Part shown: piece by piece, positions 49,005-62,493 of the stretch
Layout: every line of letters begins with the position of its first letter
Position numbering within the stretch: the stretch's first letter is position 1
Source: Phoronis australis
Taxonomy: Eukaryota > Animalia > Phoronida
Assembly: GCA_002633005.1 (NCBI GenBank)
Contig: NMRA01000068.1
Span: 284,453-348,452, forward strand
Direction of reading: 5' to 3'
Length of the DNA: 64,000 nucleotides
Translations under genes and position numbers: made by a program
The notes under the pieces: model-generated
What the model saw: only the letters and a program-made list of their open reading frames with translations
What the model was told of the DNA's origin: nothing
Database searches by the model: none

Positions 49005-49385
49005 CTCATTTTTTCATGAAGATCCTTGGAAAGCACGCAAACTGAAATGCGACTATTGTAATGTAAGTTGAATTGAATGCAGCAACCTTGTGTAGTACAA
49101 GAGAACGTCTGTGTACATATTATGTATTTATCGGATAACGATTCTTTGCCCTGCATTGGGAACAACAACTTCGAGGCACAGTTTTCAAGCATTTTTTCAT
49201 GACGATTCTTGGAAAGAGTGTAATCTGAAACGCGACTGTTGGGATGTCGGTTGAATTAAATGTAACCAACCTTGCATGTATTTATCTAATAACGATTCTT
49301 TACTCTGCATTGAGAACAACAATGTCGAGGCATAGTTTTCCATGCATTTTTTTCATCACTATTCCTGGAAAGAACGCAAACTGAC
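49005..49385. repeat. Diverged ~160-180-bp tandem repeat (about 2.3 units)
   Basis: catttttt-cat..gattcttggaaag...ctga recurs near 49008, 49190 and 49346. Confidence 0.7.
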
Positions 49386-50535
49386 AAACTTCGGCACTCA
49401 GTAACAGTAGCATATAGAATATGCATTTGAAAACTGCACTTGTCAGATATTGTCACTCAACAGGAGATGTTTGTATGCATTATAGATGACTTTTATTCGC
49501 CGTTATTATGGAAATAAGGATGTACGTGATCTAGTTTTTGAAATCAGGCACATTCTCGTGTCTCTCATTAATGTCGGCAAGGCAAAGAATTTTAGATCAC
49601 GCATCCACGCCGGTGTTGCAGCCCTCAGCACAACACTTAATACTTCGTTAGCACAGGAAGAACGAATAGAATAGTGCAACCTAGAAAAACTTGTTCAGAA
49701 TCAGACAACAACAAATAACATGTGAAACTCCAGTGGCTCGAAAACGAGAGAGCAAATGTGCCTGACGAATGTTTACGGCATTGTGGGTAAATACAGCTAT
49801 AGATTCGAGTGTCGCTGTGTAATTCGGGACGGACCTATTGCCATGAACCGCAAGTATATAGTACTAACTGTATGATTTAATTCTACTAGTTATGTGTGCT
49901 TCTATAGTACAGTTAACAGCGGAAAGCGATCGAGAAACAATTCTAATAAACTTCAGCATGTGCATTATACTCAAGCAAATAACCCCGGCATAAATCCTGA
50001 AGGTTACTGGAGTGATAGGCCTACATACACTGACTTATTCAGTTCTGACAGTGGCGTTATTTTGAATTCGGGAGACGATTTGTGTGCCTTAAAATATTGC
50101 CTTTCGTTATCCGTAGGATTCACAAAGGATTGTAGGTGATACTCAAACATTGAACTAAGGCCGTAAGTTATTTTTAGAAATGCCATTGCGTGAGAGAACG
50201 CTTGTTAGCTGTCTCGCCGGTTTTCGGATGTAGCGCAGCTTAGAAAACTCTAAAAAAGTTTCTCAGCTACTTTGAAATTTGAACACACATCTTATCCGAG
50301 TACAGAGATTTTATCGCTTACTTCTCTCCGAGCCAGTTCTAAATGTCGTCTTGTCTTTTGCGCTGGCATTTTCCTCCGCGATAATTCTACGTTTCAAACA
50401 CTCACTGACGCCTTGCTATGCGAGACTAAGCACGTCCTCAGTCGTGATGGTCACGTGACACAACAACTCGTTTCTCTGACTCCGGCAAGTGTGCAAAAAA
50501 GCCCATCAATTAGTCCAGTTTCATAAAGTTTACGT

Positions 50536-50666
50536 AAGCGGTCGCGGATTTAGGGGGCGGGGGGCAATGATCCCCCTAAAATTCTCCCAGATTCCGTTTG
50601 GCAGCTCGGGGGTGCGAATGTCTGCCCTGCCCCCCCCCCTTACTCAAAATCCTGGATCCGCCCCTG
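50536..50666. mobile_element. Small GC-rich MITE (caggggcggatccagg type)
   Basis: Right end cctggatccgcccctg; degenerate left end gcggatttagggg. Confidence 0.5.
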
Positions 50667-50669
50667 TTT

Positions 50670-51015
50670 TCTATTTAAGTCTTTGTTGTATGTCTTTCAA
50701 ATTTCTTTCATCTTTGTAGCCGAATTGGTCAGTGTCTCCGACAGTTTTAGTTTTTCCGGCATTTATCGTTCTTGCCGTCGAAGCTCAACTGACAAGCATT
50801 GGGTTTGGGAGTGATATCAACAAGTTCTTGAATAATTCCAGGAGAACTTATGACGTGGACAGTTGTTTAACGTTTGGATCGGCAAAGTTTATTTTCGATT
50901 CTAATGAGTCACCCCCAGATTTCATTCCGATATGCTTGAACCCCGAAATGAATCTCAAAAATTTTCCGTGGAAAAGTTTGTATCCGATACGACATTGGCC
51001 TAGCACTTCACCAGG
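50670..51015 (-). pseudogene. Frameshifted DDE transposase-like fragment
   Basis: IGYKLFHGKFLRF...INFADP / SPGIIQELVD...CQLSFDGK / INAG...GDTDQFG across three frames. The PG...CxLSFD pattern resembles the first catalytic-Asp strand of P-element-like transposases. Confidence 0.5.
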
Positions 51016-51535
51016 CCCGTAGGTAGGCAAAAATTATTGGGGGGNTGTGCTCCCAATGCCACCATATTTGTATTTAATCTCCCACGTCCGCCCTAGGTGG
51101 GGGGGGGCACAGTGGTCGATTTAGGGTGGCCAACTAGTGAAGGGGACATATACATCAACGGCATAATGAATCATATTATAACTAACTCACCGATTTTCCT
51201 TTTTTTCACAGCACCAAGGCAACCGAGTCGCCGCACTGGACCGTAATTCCAGGTCACGCTAATGTGAGAAGCATTTAGCGTTTGCCAATACTAACAGGCA
51301 CAAATTTTTCTAATTGAATGTAGGATCCATTTCTACACTTCAAATACAATTTTGTGCGACTAGTGTTGTATTCCTGTCTCAAATTGCTCATGACGACGCC
51401 GTTCTCCTCGCGGTCAGTCCAAACACGTAGTACGTACAGGTCCCCAAACCGTGTAATGGGGACGTTAGTTAAGTCCCTCATTTAAAGACTAACTTAAACG
51501 GAATTTTGTTATTTTAGATGTATTGGATTAACCAC

Positions 51536-51683
51536 CAGGGCTGAGTTGCATAAAGCTTCAAAAGATATCGCTGGATAAGTTCGATTGTTGCATGACATCA
51601 GGTGCATTGTTCAACAATAACAACGTGACGCGAGATAATGCGACGTCATTGTTGCTATACGGCATTTATGCAACTGGGCCCTG
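51536..51683. mobile_element. Short MITE, PIF/Harbinger-like
   Basis: Inverted ends cagggctgagttgcataaa and tttatgcaactgggccctg. Confidence 0.5.
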
Positions 51684-52425
51684 GTAGTTCTAGCAAAACC
51701 TTAGCAAAGAAAACGCGACTTCAATCACGCAAATCAAAGCCCGTGAAATGATAGATAAAGTTGCCATTTCAAGCCATATCCCGTCACCGCGACTGGATCC
51801 CAGGCAAAATAACAAAAGACCAAAAAGAGTTGTATTGAATAGGGGCCGAATAGGACACCATGGTGTTATTCGCAGATGTTTGAATTAAAAAGGCGATTCT
51901 CACGGTGAGGTAGACCGCAAAAGCAAGCCAATACGCCTAACAGTTCGTTACATTTGACAATTTATGGCACAGTTTAACCCCCGTTATAGTGTTGTTTACT
52001 ATTTATTGAAGGTTAGTCTTGCAGATCTTTGGATGTCAAAAGTCACTAAATCCTTGGATGTCAAAAGTCGCTAAACTTTACTTACAAAAGTATATTGTGC
52101 GAAGCACCCAAAGCAGCATGCAAAAGAAATCGAGAACACTTACGGTAACGAAATCAACATTTATTTTATTAAAAATTACATACAGTCCATGAAGTATACA
52201 TTCCATGAAGTCATTGCATTTTGTGTGAAAGAAAAATAACATAACTTAAGTCATGTGCTTTGTGTCAAAGCACAAGTTTTGATATAGACCTTTTACTAGT
52301 ACCAACTTGTCCCGTAGTCAAATAAGTGATTTCTTGGCTCAGGAGAAAATGATAGTTATTTCGTCAGATCAAGCTCATAAAATTTCAGGTTGCAATGTGA
52401 CCTGAACAATATAATGAACACAGGT

Positions 52426-52510
52426 AAATAACATAAAAATGGTAATCTCTGGTAAGATGGGCAATAAAAAAGCGCCACACGAGATGTTGTAAGACAGCTC
52501 ATGCCCATCC
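52426..52510 (-). repeat. Diverged fragment of the Ngaro-type terminal repeat
   Basis: Matches 47473-47560 (taatctctgg.aagatgggcaataaaaagcgccac.gagatgttg...acagctcatgcccatcc). Confidence 0.75.
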
Positions 52511-55265
52511 ATTTTTCCAGAGGCCCCACTCTGGCAAGGAATAAGGGAGACAACTGTCGCTCTATTTTCGTGTTTTCTTTTCTCGTAATTGTATATCACT
52601 TGAGGAAAATTGATGACCCGACAGATAACATCAGTTGCTGCGTATTTCGTTTTTTGAAATGATCTTTTCATATTTAAGGGTCCAGCCATGAAGGGGGGGG
52701 CATTGATGACATCCAAGTGACCACCCTTTTCGTGTTTTTAATAATAAATTCTTAAGGGGTCGCTCACGGACAGAGGGTCCAATGTTGGTAATCGCAGAAC
52801 CTTACATGTTGAGGAAGGTCACTTCTTGCAGGGTCACACGACATGGAATTAACTTAACTCTTGTCCATGCTTAATGATATTTAGCCTTTCATCTTAAAAA
52901 GTGGCCTTTCAGAAGGGCTCCTCTCTCGGTGGGACGGTTTGGGGGCATTGTCTCTTTGTTCCTCTACACATGTAAATCTAACATTGCCAAATATTCACGA
53001 GGGAATGAACCGAGATTCCAAATTCATGAAAAAACACAAAACATACGTGCACAGCACAACAGTATCAAGCATTCGGTCCAAACAACCAAAAGTGAAAAGG
53101 ACAATAGGGTTGACCACCATCGAAAGGGTGGAAATTTGAAAAATAAATCAAATAGATGCTGGAATCCCGTACAGTTACTGACGGATAAGATTATAAATAG
53201 TAAAAATAAAAATAAAACGACGAGCGTCGGTACTAAAATACATTAAAATATTCCTCACGTTTCGAGGCATGCGCTCTTTGTCAAGGCTATGATACAGACT
53301 GGCGAATAGATAGATACTATTGCACAGGTGACCGCATGATTCTATACAATAGGCAGACTAAGAACGTGAAGACCACTATTTGTGAATTACAAAAAGGACT
53401 AATTCCAACGGTTTTATACAGTAATGTTACTTTTTCCCATAGTATAACAAGAATAGTATTTCTTTTGAAGATCGTTATTATATAGGAGATCTTTGTAAGA
53501 AATTCGCACGTCGGAAAAGCTGTCGGGGTACGATTTTTGATGAAAGTGTAAATGTCTAACGGGGGTTCTCTAAGTACTCGCGATCATTAACAGATATCTA
53601 AGCGGTTTTTGATGTTCAAATTTAGCTTGTGAACCACAAAAGGTACAACCGAAATGAGCAAAGATACATGACGTGAACACGAATAAATTCTGCAAACTTA
53701 CTGGGGGATCCCCTACGGGATTCCCAGTTGCCCATAGCGCGTCTTTGAGCATGTCTTGTGGAATTGCTTATTCTGTTTTGATAAACAACGAATTTGTTGG
53801 TTTCTGATTTACATGTTCCTGCATCTACGAAAATCGACTGATTGACAGAAGATATTTTGAGAATTCTTGTATTAAGAAATGACGATGTGAAGTTAGCTGC
53901 AGGCTCCCATTGGGAAAATTTGATCTATCATCGGATTCCCAAATAACAAAGAACACTAAACGAACATTGCTTACCAGGTATCTGAACTAAGTCTCAAGCA
54001 TATTGATGAATGTCAACGAAGTGTCACCCTTACAAATGACAACAAATGAATTGTTTATTCACTTAAGAAGAATATCAGTGGTTTAAATTCACAAACCCCA
54101 GATGGAAAAGGAATTTTAAGCCCAACGTTAAACGCAATGCTCATTAACTTGGAAAGATTAATTGTCCTTGTACTTACTTCCTTGATGTTTTTAGTTTCCA
54201 GTAGCATCCCCCTTCCTCAAAACTGAATCGTTTGTTGGCCATTGCCCTGAAGACTGACGCAAAGACGTTCAAAATATGGTGTAACCATGAAGTAGATAAG
54301 GTGCAGAATCTCAGTGATCCACAGGAACTGAATTTGAATTCCCCGCGCCAGAGGAAGTGTGTACATTTTTGGAACACCCTCTGTATCATTTTCCCCAGCC
54401 ACCAGAAACTGGAATACCCCTGTTTGAACAAGGGACATTTAAACAACTTCAAAGCCACTGTACCAAGGACCTCCAGATGTCGCCCTTTCAAAAATATCTT
54501 AAAGAATGACCCTTATAAAATGAACTTTTCCCAAACTGTGGGATCACAAATAAATAAGCTGAATCTTACCCCTAAAACCAGAACAGATGGAAAGGTACGA
54601 CTGTTTGTCTCGATTTGTCTCAAGTGATAGCTGAGCTGACCAGTGACTAAGCCTAGTTCATGGAATTCGTATTTTCACATTAGCAGATCTGGGTTATGGT
54701 TAATTGAGGCTTCTCCAAAGTAGCTATTGGCCAGTGCACTGGCCCTAAACCCATTCTTACTCTCCATGAAGCTTTGTTGGTTCATGATTACTCAAATCCT
54801 CAGGATTTGGGGGTGGCCGAGGAGGATAGGAAGGAGGGGTGGTAGTTTGGCGAAGTTGAATTGGTTTGTGCCCCCCACCAAGTAATTTTTACCTTCCTAC
54901 AGACCTGATACACTCTTCAAACACTTGACACAAGCATGTAAAGCAAACATCCTTTGTGCCAACAAGCATAGCTATAACAAGCAAAATTTCAAATCTAATT
55001 TCTTGTACAATTCTCTCAGTTACAGTAACATTTATACTGCTTACCTTCACAGTTTTGACACAATTTCCACAAAAAAATCTTCCAATTTAATTTTCAAACA
55101 ACTTCAACAATACCAGAAAAGCTAGACAGAAGTCTAGTAAAAGCCTTCAAATACAGAAGTTTGAAATTTTAAGAACTAATTGTTCAGAATATTTTTGTAA
55201 TGGCTTGAGTACAAGGCCCAAGCCTCTTCCCACTCAACACCAATATTGGAAAAAGAAACTACCGG

Positions 55266-55481
55266 TTATAATGCAGCTTCATCCTGCTCAAGTTCATTTG
55301 TCACAATAATTTCCTCTCTGAAGTTCTCTGAAAAGTCTTGTTGATATGAAGACTCTGCCTCCTCAATGGTGTCAGGAATATGTTGGTTTAAGGTTTCCGG
55401 TAGAAGCAACGAGAGAAAGCCACTGACCAAGGAAAATCCTCCAAAAATTATGATCGGCATTTCTTTGAATGTGCGGTGACG
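55266..55481 (-). CDS. SLC22: SLC22 last exon (...LLLPETLNQHIPDTIEEAE...EAAL*)
   Basis: ttttgcag acceptor, PET motif, TAA stop. Confidence 0.94.
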   Translation of the reverse strand, partial: RHRTFKEMPIIIFGGFSLVSGFLSLLLPETLNQHIPDTIEEAESSYQQDFSENFREEIIVTNELEQDEAAL

Positions 55482-58400
55482 CTGCAAAATAAGCTCTGTT
55501 AGTGATTACTTGGTTGAGGTATCGCAAAGAAACTTTTCTCTATCAATGTTAGTTTAATGGGGTACTTTCGTGAGCCTTTCCCATATAGTTAATTTCACAA
55601 CAATCGAAACCTCGACGTTAAATATCAGTTGATCGTGAGTATTCACATCAACTTCGGAGTAATAGTTCAGCAAAGTTATCGCAAGGCAGCGCTAATATGT
55701 CATTGGCCTGTACAATAAGCTATATATAAAGAAATCAATTTATCTCATTGGGCCTGTAAACGTAAGCCTTGCAGTTTTTGTCCTTGACATCAAAAATTGG
55801 AGTCTTGTGGCTAGTTGCTCATCTGTGTAGAGGTGGTATGACGTTTGGCGGGAACTCGTTTTGCGTACACAAAAGGTTCAATGATAAGTGATTTTTTATT
55901 ATTTTTTAAGAAAAGAATCTAGCAAGCACATGGCCAAATTGAAACAGAATGTTTATACTGCCAAAATAAGAAATATTGGAAGAAAACATTAACCAAATAT
56001 TAAGCAGTAACTGCCCCCTGTTGGTGAACACAATGACACCTACCGATAACTAAGATGGCATCGAACTAAGTGTTCTCATTATACTAAAGCGTGGTTCAAT
56101 TCACATATTAACATCAAAGTTAACTAACTGTTAATGTCGAGAAAAGACTGAAGTTAAGTGTTGCCACTGACCAAAACTTTGGTAACACCGGCAAACAACC
56201 AACATGTCTTAATTAAAATTGAAATTTAAAAAAGTAAATAATAAAAGTCTTTGAATTTTTAAAATCGATCCATTGTAAGAGAAATTAGCGAATAAGATTT
56301 CTTCAGCATCGCGACTAAGCAACGAGCATTAATAGGTGAATGGATTGGGATGGTTAAGTCAGTCTGGCTAAAGCTGGCTTAAGCGTTGGGGTAACAAAAC
56401 CTCAAATGTTAACATTGGAGTTGCCTCATGATGGATAAAGGAACGGTTGATTATATTTTGGGAAAGATGTCATGTTTTGGGGTCATACAATGGTCATTGA
56501 CAAACATCATTTGATCATATCAATGCGATCATAAGCTGTGTGCTGGCATACTCAGGATGCGTGCATTGTGACGTGTATTGAAAATTAGCACCGTTACTCC
56601 ATGGACCACATGGATTATTGCTTCTGCGACAAAAAAGTAAAAGTATTCTAGTTTGAAGTTATCAATTTTGCCTTATAACCATTATGTGGCTTTAATGCAA
56701 ACAAGCAACAACTGACCGCTTGTAGAATTAAAGGCGCCATGACTCCTCCAAATCGCGTCCAGAAAGCACAACTCCCAACTCCAAGGTTCCTATAACAGAA
56801 TATATAACAACTGATTCTCCCATGTTAAAAAGTCCTAAAGGAAGCAAAGCAGCTGATGGCATTGTACAACAAAAACAAATGCAGGTGATTGCGCCAGAAA
56901 CTGTAACTGGCCTTGAACTGTTGGAAAACAATAATTGACACCTTAGCTGGGCACGCTTACTGGATCATGTCTACAACTTTCACAAGTTAGGTTTACTCAA
57001 TCAAAGGCATTTTTTTGCGTAATAGTAATGTTTTTATTTGATATGTCTCTCCCAAAGGGTTCAAAGGTTACTGGGAATTTGTGACTGCAAACCTCGGGAA
57101 ACATATTCGGAAAATGGTATATTTTTTCTTTTCCAGTAAACCAAAATATACACATATGCCTATTTTCGGAAACGGGGTCTATGAACAGAAAATATGCCAG
57201 CAACATCAACATGGAAAGATGACATATATGTGTTGTCACTAAAGTGCCATTAGTACTGAGCCAATTGAGCCAAAAAAGTGCTGCCAACACAATGCTGACT
57301 CATTTTCGGAAACCTTATTAACCACAGAAATATAAATGAAGGCCCTGAAAGTGGTCTCATGGTCTTATATCTGAAAATGTTAGGTAGATGCTTTGAAACA
57401 TGGCATGACTTATCTGATGCTTATCACATGATAGGCACCAGACTTGTCTCACCAAGAAGAAGTCTTAAGTGAAACACTAAGTAGAGAAAGTGGCTGACCT
57501 AATCACGGTTGGAAACAATTCTGAGGTATACAAGAACATGATGCAGAAGCAGGAGGCAACAGCAAACCGACCAATCAGGGCGAGCACAGTAGACAACATC
57601 TGGATGTCAGCTCCATCAGCTGCAATCACAAAAGTCAGAAGTCAATCACAGACACTGCATTTTCAACCATTTCATTCAATGCTGGGTACAAGAAAGTCCA
57701 GGAAAAAGCTTGCAGTGCATAGAACGTGGGGTTGAAACGTAGAACAAGTGACTACAGTGAAAATGGTCAGAAAACAGAGCTTTAGTTGGCCTTTTTAAGT
57801 TGTCAAGAGTAGACAAATTTGATAAGATGGCCTCATGAAAAGCCTAGTTCTTTTGAATCCATGAAATGAAACAAATTAAACAAAATTACTGGCATTAATT
57901 ATCAAAAAGAAAATTCAAACAGCCATTAATGATTTTTGATACTAGTATTTACCTGTTTCTTTAGGTATGCAACCAGCTATAATACAGAAAGTACCACCCC
58001 ACAACAAGTAAAAGGTTAATGGTTTAGAACGTCCAATCCTACAAGCAAACAAATCAGTAGTTGACTGCTGGTGAAACATGTTGTTCATAATTCTTAAAAT
58101 CAAGTTTCGTCAAAATCTGTCAAGCTGTTTCAACAAAAATTGGCAGGCAAGAAAAATATTGTCAAAAACTTCAATGACCCTCAAGGGTGCTAGGATTGTT
58201 GAATCCATCTAAAAATCAAACAGTGCCAGCGCCTTCTCACTGCACGCATCTGTGTCAAGTTTCATTGAAATTTGGCAAGTTATTTTGCAAGAAATTGATG
58301 GACAAGGAATTTTTAAATTGAAAACTGAAATAGCCAACACAAGGAGGTGCCATGGTAGGCCTAGTTGTCACAGTATATCTTTTGACTCGCTTGACTATCT

Positions 58401-60492
58401 CACTATCATGTATAGTCCATGGCAAGCAATGCTCTCTATATAGTAATTTGTATAACAATGGTTTTTGAATGAACCGGTGCTTTGAGCTTGAGGCGAGATT
58501 TTGAACGTCATTCGTGCCACTTCATTAGAGACATCAGCAACTATTATTAAAATCTCTTGGTCTATTTACACCCACCTCTCAATAATAGTTGTAACATGCC
58601 ACCACTTCAGAGCAGTTTTAAAAAGTCAGACATCAGCAAGTTTCTACGGTTCTGCTCTGACTGTGCTTCATGTTACTGTGGCGAGTGCCAAAAGTGCATG
58701 ACGATTGTAACGTGATACATTAAACTGTAATAAATCAGTAAAGTGTCTGCTGTGAAAGCAAGACAATTCTCTTACAAGCCATGGCAACCACTTCAGTAGC
58801 CAAATCCAAACAAAATTTGACTTGGAATGGAGCATTCTCACCACATATCTCTGCATCAAGCGCCCTTAAAATTCATCAATACAAGTAGTTTCGCCAATAA
58901 TTCAACAAGGAAATTCTTACTGAAACTTTTAAGTGAACTCGCCCACAGCTGGATAAGAATTAAAAATTCTTATCCAGCTGTAGGCGAGTTCACTCACCAA
59001 GCCAATTATCCTGCTGCTGTCAGCGAGTTCACCCGCCCATGACAAACTGCAGGTGTGTAATTTCAACGAGTGTACTTGCCCCTTTAGTACAAATCCTCGC
59101 TTTATAATACCTTAATTGAAAATATTGTACATAGTCTCTCACTGTTCACTTCATTTTCACAAAAAACCCCACTTTGAAACTTCTCAGGCTTATGTATATT
59201 ACGGATACAATAGTTATGATCTCCATTAAATACCGAACAGCTTTCATGGTGAGCCATTTGATGTGGTGGACAGGACCTGATTAGGTGTAACAACTATTTT
59301 TGGACAAAAAAATAATCTTACTCAGATTCAAAATAATTCTGGCATTTTGAAGAACTGCTTTTGACCAGGGTCAACAAGTTGACTTGGTGAGTCACTTTAT
59401 GCAACGAGCATGGCCTCAATCAGTAATGAGCCAGAAATTCTTCCCAAACCCAGTAATCACATGAGAGACCAGTTGGAACAAAATTGAGACCAGTTTTTCA
59501 CAGTAAGCACTTCAAATAAAAAGCCTTTTAGGTAATAGGCTACCTTCATTACCAAGGATCGAATTAATTAAATAACTTTCTTAGTATTAATATTAGACCC
59601 ATAAGCTATATTTTTGAAATCTTTGATGAAAATATGAGCACAGCCCTAGAAATTGCTTTCGCATTATATACAGATTTTCACTCACTTCCTTGCATACATT
59701 CCATTGTAAGACCGAGCTTAGAGGAGTAGAAGACACATTTGTGCAATGCTCGATTGTCAGCCAGAAAAGCCAACGTGCTCAAACCACTGAGCCACACTGA
59801 AATCCTGGATAATCACATATTAATCTTAGTACATTGCAATGTACAGCTGGTATTTTATTACAAACATTGGAATTTTCAGAGAAATTAAATTAAATGCATT
59901 TTCACACAAAACCTATACACTTTGTTTCTTATTTTCTTTTAAGACCTTTTATCACGAGAGCATGGCCATCAAAAAATTTCAAGATTTATATTTTTTAAAA
60001 TAATTTTTTAACATTTTTAACAGTTTTGTAGATAATAGGATAAAGAAACAGAATTTGAAAGTCAAGATTTTTTAGTCACAGGATTACCAATATATCTGTG
60101 TCATGATCAGATTCTGTGATCATCAATGATTTTAAAAACATAATAAATTCGTGGGTCTCCTTTTTTAAAACAAATAAAAATTCTATCCGTGGCAATGAAA
60201 GTGGCATGCTCCTTTAAAGCCACAAAATCACAAACAATAAAACATTTCCACTGGATACAAACAACATTTTCGTAAAGGAACGTAACCATAAATTTACGTC
60301 AAAATGCATAATAAATGGTATGCTTAATAAGACCATTATCCTTCTTATCCATAATACCTTAGAAGAATCACCAGAACAATGAGGTAGGCGACCAACTCCA
60401 ACACTCCACCAAGGAAGAAGTTGAGGTATTTATTGCCAGATAGATCAGTGAGACTGAATGTTAGACCATAGTAGCCAAGGGACATGGACAGC
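55266..60492 (-). CDS. SLC22: SLC22 organic cation transporter-like protein, last 5 exons (5' exons beyond the window end)
   Basis: complement(join(60358-60492,57953-58038,57499-57619,56717-56789,55266-55481)), phases consistent. Motifs: YYGL...LSGNKYLNFFLGG..EL, RIGR, YTSELFPTVIRNLGVG, LLLPETLNQHIPDTIEEAE. Confidence 0.94.
56717..56789 (-). CDS. SLC22: SLC22 exon (NLGVGSCAFWTRFGGVMAPLILQA)
   Basis: gttatag acceptor, gtcagt donor. Confidence 0.92.
57499..57619 (-). CDS. SLC22: SLC22 exon (...LALIGRFAVASCF...YTSELFPTVI)
   Basis: ttgcag acceptor, gtcagc donor, ELFPT motif. Confidence 0.94.
57953..58038 (-). CDS. SLC22: SLC22 exon (IGRSKPLTFYLLWGGTFCIIAGCIPKET)
   Basis: ttgtag acceptor, gtaaat donor. 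Confidence 0.92.
60358..60492 (-). CDS. SLC22: SLC22 exon (LSMSLGYYGLTFS...YLNFFLGGVLELVAYL)
   Basis: tttttag acceptor, gtatta donor. Confidence 0.93.
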
Positions 60493-61404
60493 CTAAAAAT
60501 GAATCAACTACTTCGGTCATATCGTTTCAACACACACTGATTTGAACACAAAACAGTAAATAGTGAAAGCAACACCATAGTGATAGATTAGGTGACAAGG
60601 AGTAAAATGAAAATAATTGTCAACTCTTTTCTAATAATGGTAAACCATGAATTTCTGAAAACAAGTCCATTTTCCTTATTGCAGGATTAGTTCTGAGAGC
60701 CAGAATTGCACTTTCAATGATTTGTATGATTATGAGATAAATGCAGTAAAGCTTTGGTATAGGCAGATCATGTTTACTTTCACATGAACATTTCGGCATA
60801 ACTCTACCTCAATCTCAGTCGGTTTCATCTTACAGACCACCAAACTTAATGCAAGATTCGACTTAAAAATGGACTATTAACTTTCAAATTTTACTACTGC
60901 AAAACACATGCAGTGACGTATTTTGTCGTGCAAATTATGTTTCTATCTTCCCATGTCAAATCTTCCGACGCAAAACTGGTGCTTTCATGTGAGCAGGGAC
61001 TGACAAGAATGAGGTTACAGCCCAACAAACTCTGTGTTAACAACCTCCAATTCCTAGCTGTTTCCAATTTGGCCATCAAAATCACCAACTCTGTAGCCAC
61101 AGATTGTCTCATCAGGAACCCCCCCACTGCCTTTTGCTTCCACACTAGTCACAGAAATAGTTGACTATCCAGCTGCAAAGTGCATCATTCAACCCCTTTC
61201 CCAATTACTTCCAGTTTGGTCATAGAAGTCTCTCGCCACTAATGTAAAACGCTGCACATTTGGATCACACATTAGTCATGCCAAAATGCAAAAGATCCAT
61301 TTACCCCCAACTATCAGCTTTTCCCTAGCTGGCAATATGTTGTGCCAAACATTTGGGGTATGCCATAATTCCTTAATTTTAGCATAAAAACCTGCAACAA
61401 AAAC

Positions 61405-62493
61405 AACAAGAGCAACGCGGAGCGTTGAAATGCGCCCACAATTGCACCGCATACGGTATCCTTCTAGGGTTGTTTATTGGTACCATAAAGTGGCCAGTAG
61501 AGGGCATACTTTGCAAAATGGAAAGGCATGGTCATTGTCTCCTCAATAGGCTAGGGGCAAAATGTGAGTAATCTTCATAATACAAGCACATCCTATACAC
61601 CAGTTGCTTAAAGCACCACAGAAACATAGAATTAAAAACAAATTTACCAACATACGAGATTAGCACAGCATTAGAATGCCAGAAACAAATTTCTACTTGG
61701 AACTTTTCCTTCACAGTCACGAAGTAACACAAAGTATACACCTGAAGACCTATGAAAATACAGAGGTCAATGTAAAATACTAAAATTGCCACTAGAGGCA
61801 AATACTAAAATTGCCACTAGAGGCATACCGGTAATCAGAATCATCCTAAAGTCGTCATCGTCCGTTGTCAACATCACATAAATACACTTGCTAAATTTAG
61901 TAAAGATCCTGCAAACGGTTTGGGAGATACAGCCATGGGCGCAAAAAAACAAAACTGCCACTAGGAGGCGCCACAGTAGTCCAAATCGTCTGAAAATCAT
62001 TGTCAGCTGTCTTCCTTATAGTAAGCACATACACGCCAATTTTCACAATCATCCTTTGAGCGGTTTGGTTGATAGAGGGGTGGACGCAAAAATACAGACT
62101 CGAAAACAGTAAAAATGGCCACTAGGTGGCGCAAACTACGTCGAATCCATCTGAAAACAGTAGGATAGCGTCATCTCACTAATAGGTGCCTACATACCAA
62201 ATTTCATGAAAATCCGTTCAGGACTTTTGAAGATACAAAGGTAAGCGTAAAAAACTAAAATTGCCACTAGGGGGCACACCGGTAGTCGGATCCGTCCGAA
62301 AGTTCTCACATGCCGTCCCATTCATGAATGGAACATATGTGCCAAATTTCATGAACGTATGTCAAAGGGTTTTGGAGATAGAGCAGCGGACGCCGGACGC
62401 CAGACGCCGGACGGACGCCGCCCGGACGGACGGACGGACGGACAGAGATGACGGCATAATGCGTCCACATATAAATATGTGGGCGCATAAAAA
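61405..62493 (+). mobile_element. HINE/Helentron-like non-autonomous element, family A, best-preserved copy
   Basis: AACAAG head, 5' hairpin caacgc-gga-gcgttg, 11-bp inverted pair atgcgcccaca (61430-61440) and tgtgggcgcat (62478-62488), internal tandem subunits, (GGAC)n microsatellite, 3' stem-loop. Confidence 0.82.

Noticed and set aside
54359-54385. Tc1-like TIR (tacagagggtgttccaaaaatgtacac on the minus strand)
   Set aside because: No partner TIR was found, so an element cannot be delimited.
59686-59804. Candidate extra SLC22 cassette exon (ccag...gtgagt)
   Set aside because: 119 nt would shift the frame, the flanking exons already join in phase, and the peptide is not SLC22-like. It contains tggctcagtggt, more like a tRNA-SINE remnant.
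60894-61164. Possible upstream SLC22 exon
   Set aside because: No PESPRWL or DLFRT-type motif was found, so the next exon is probably beyond the window.
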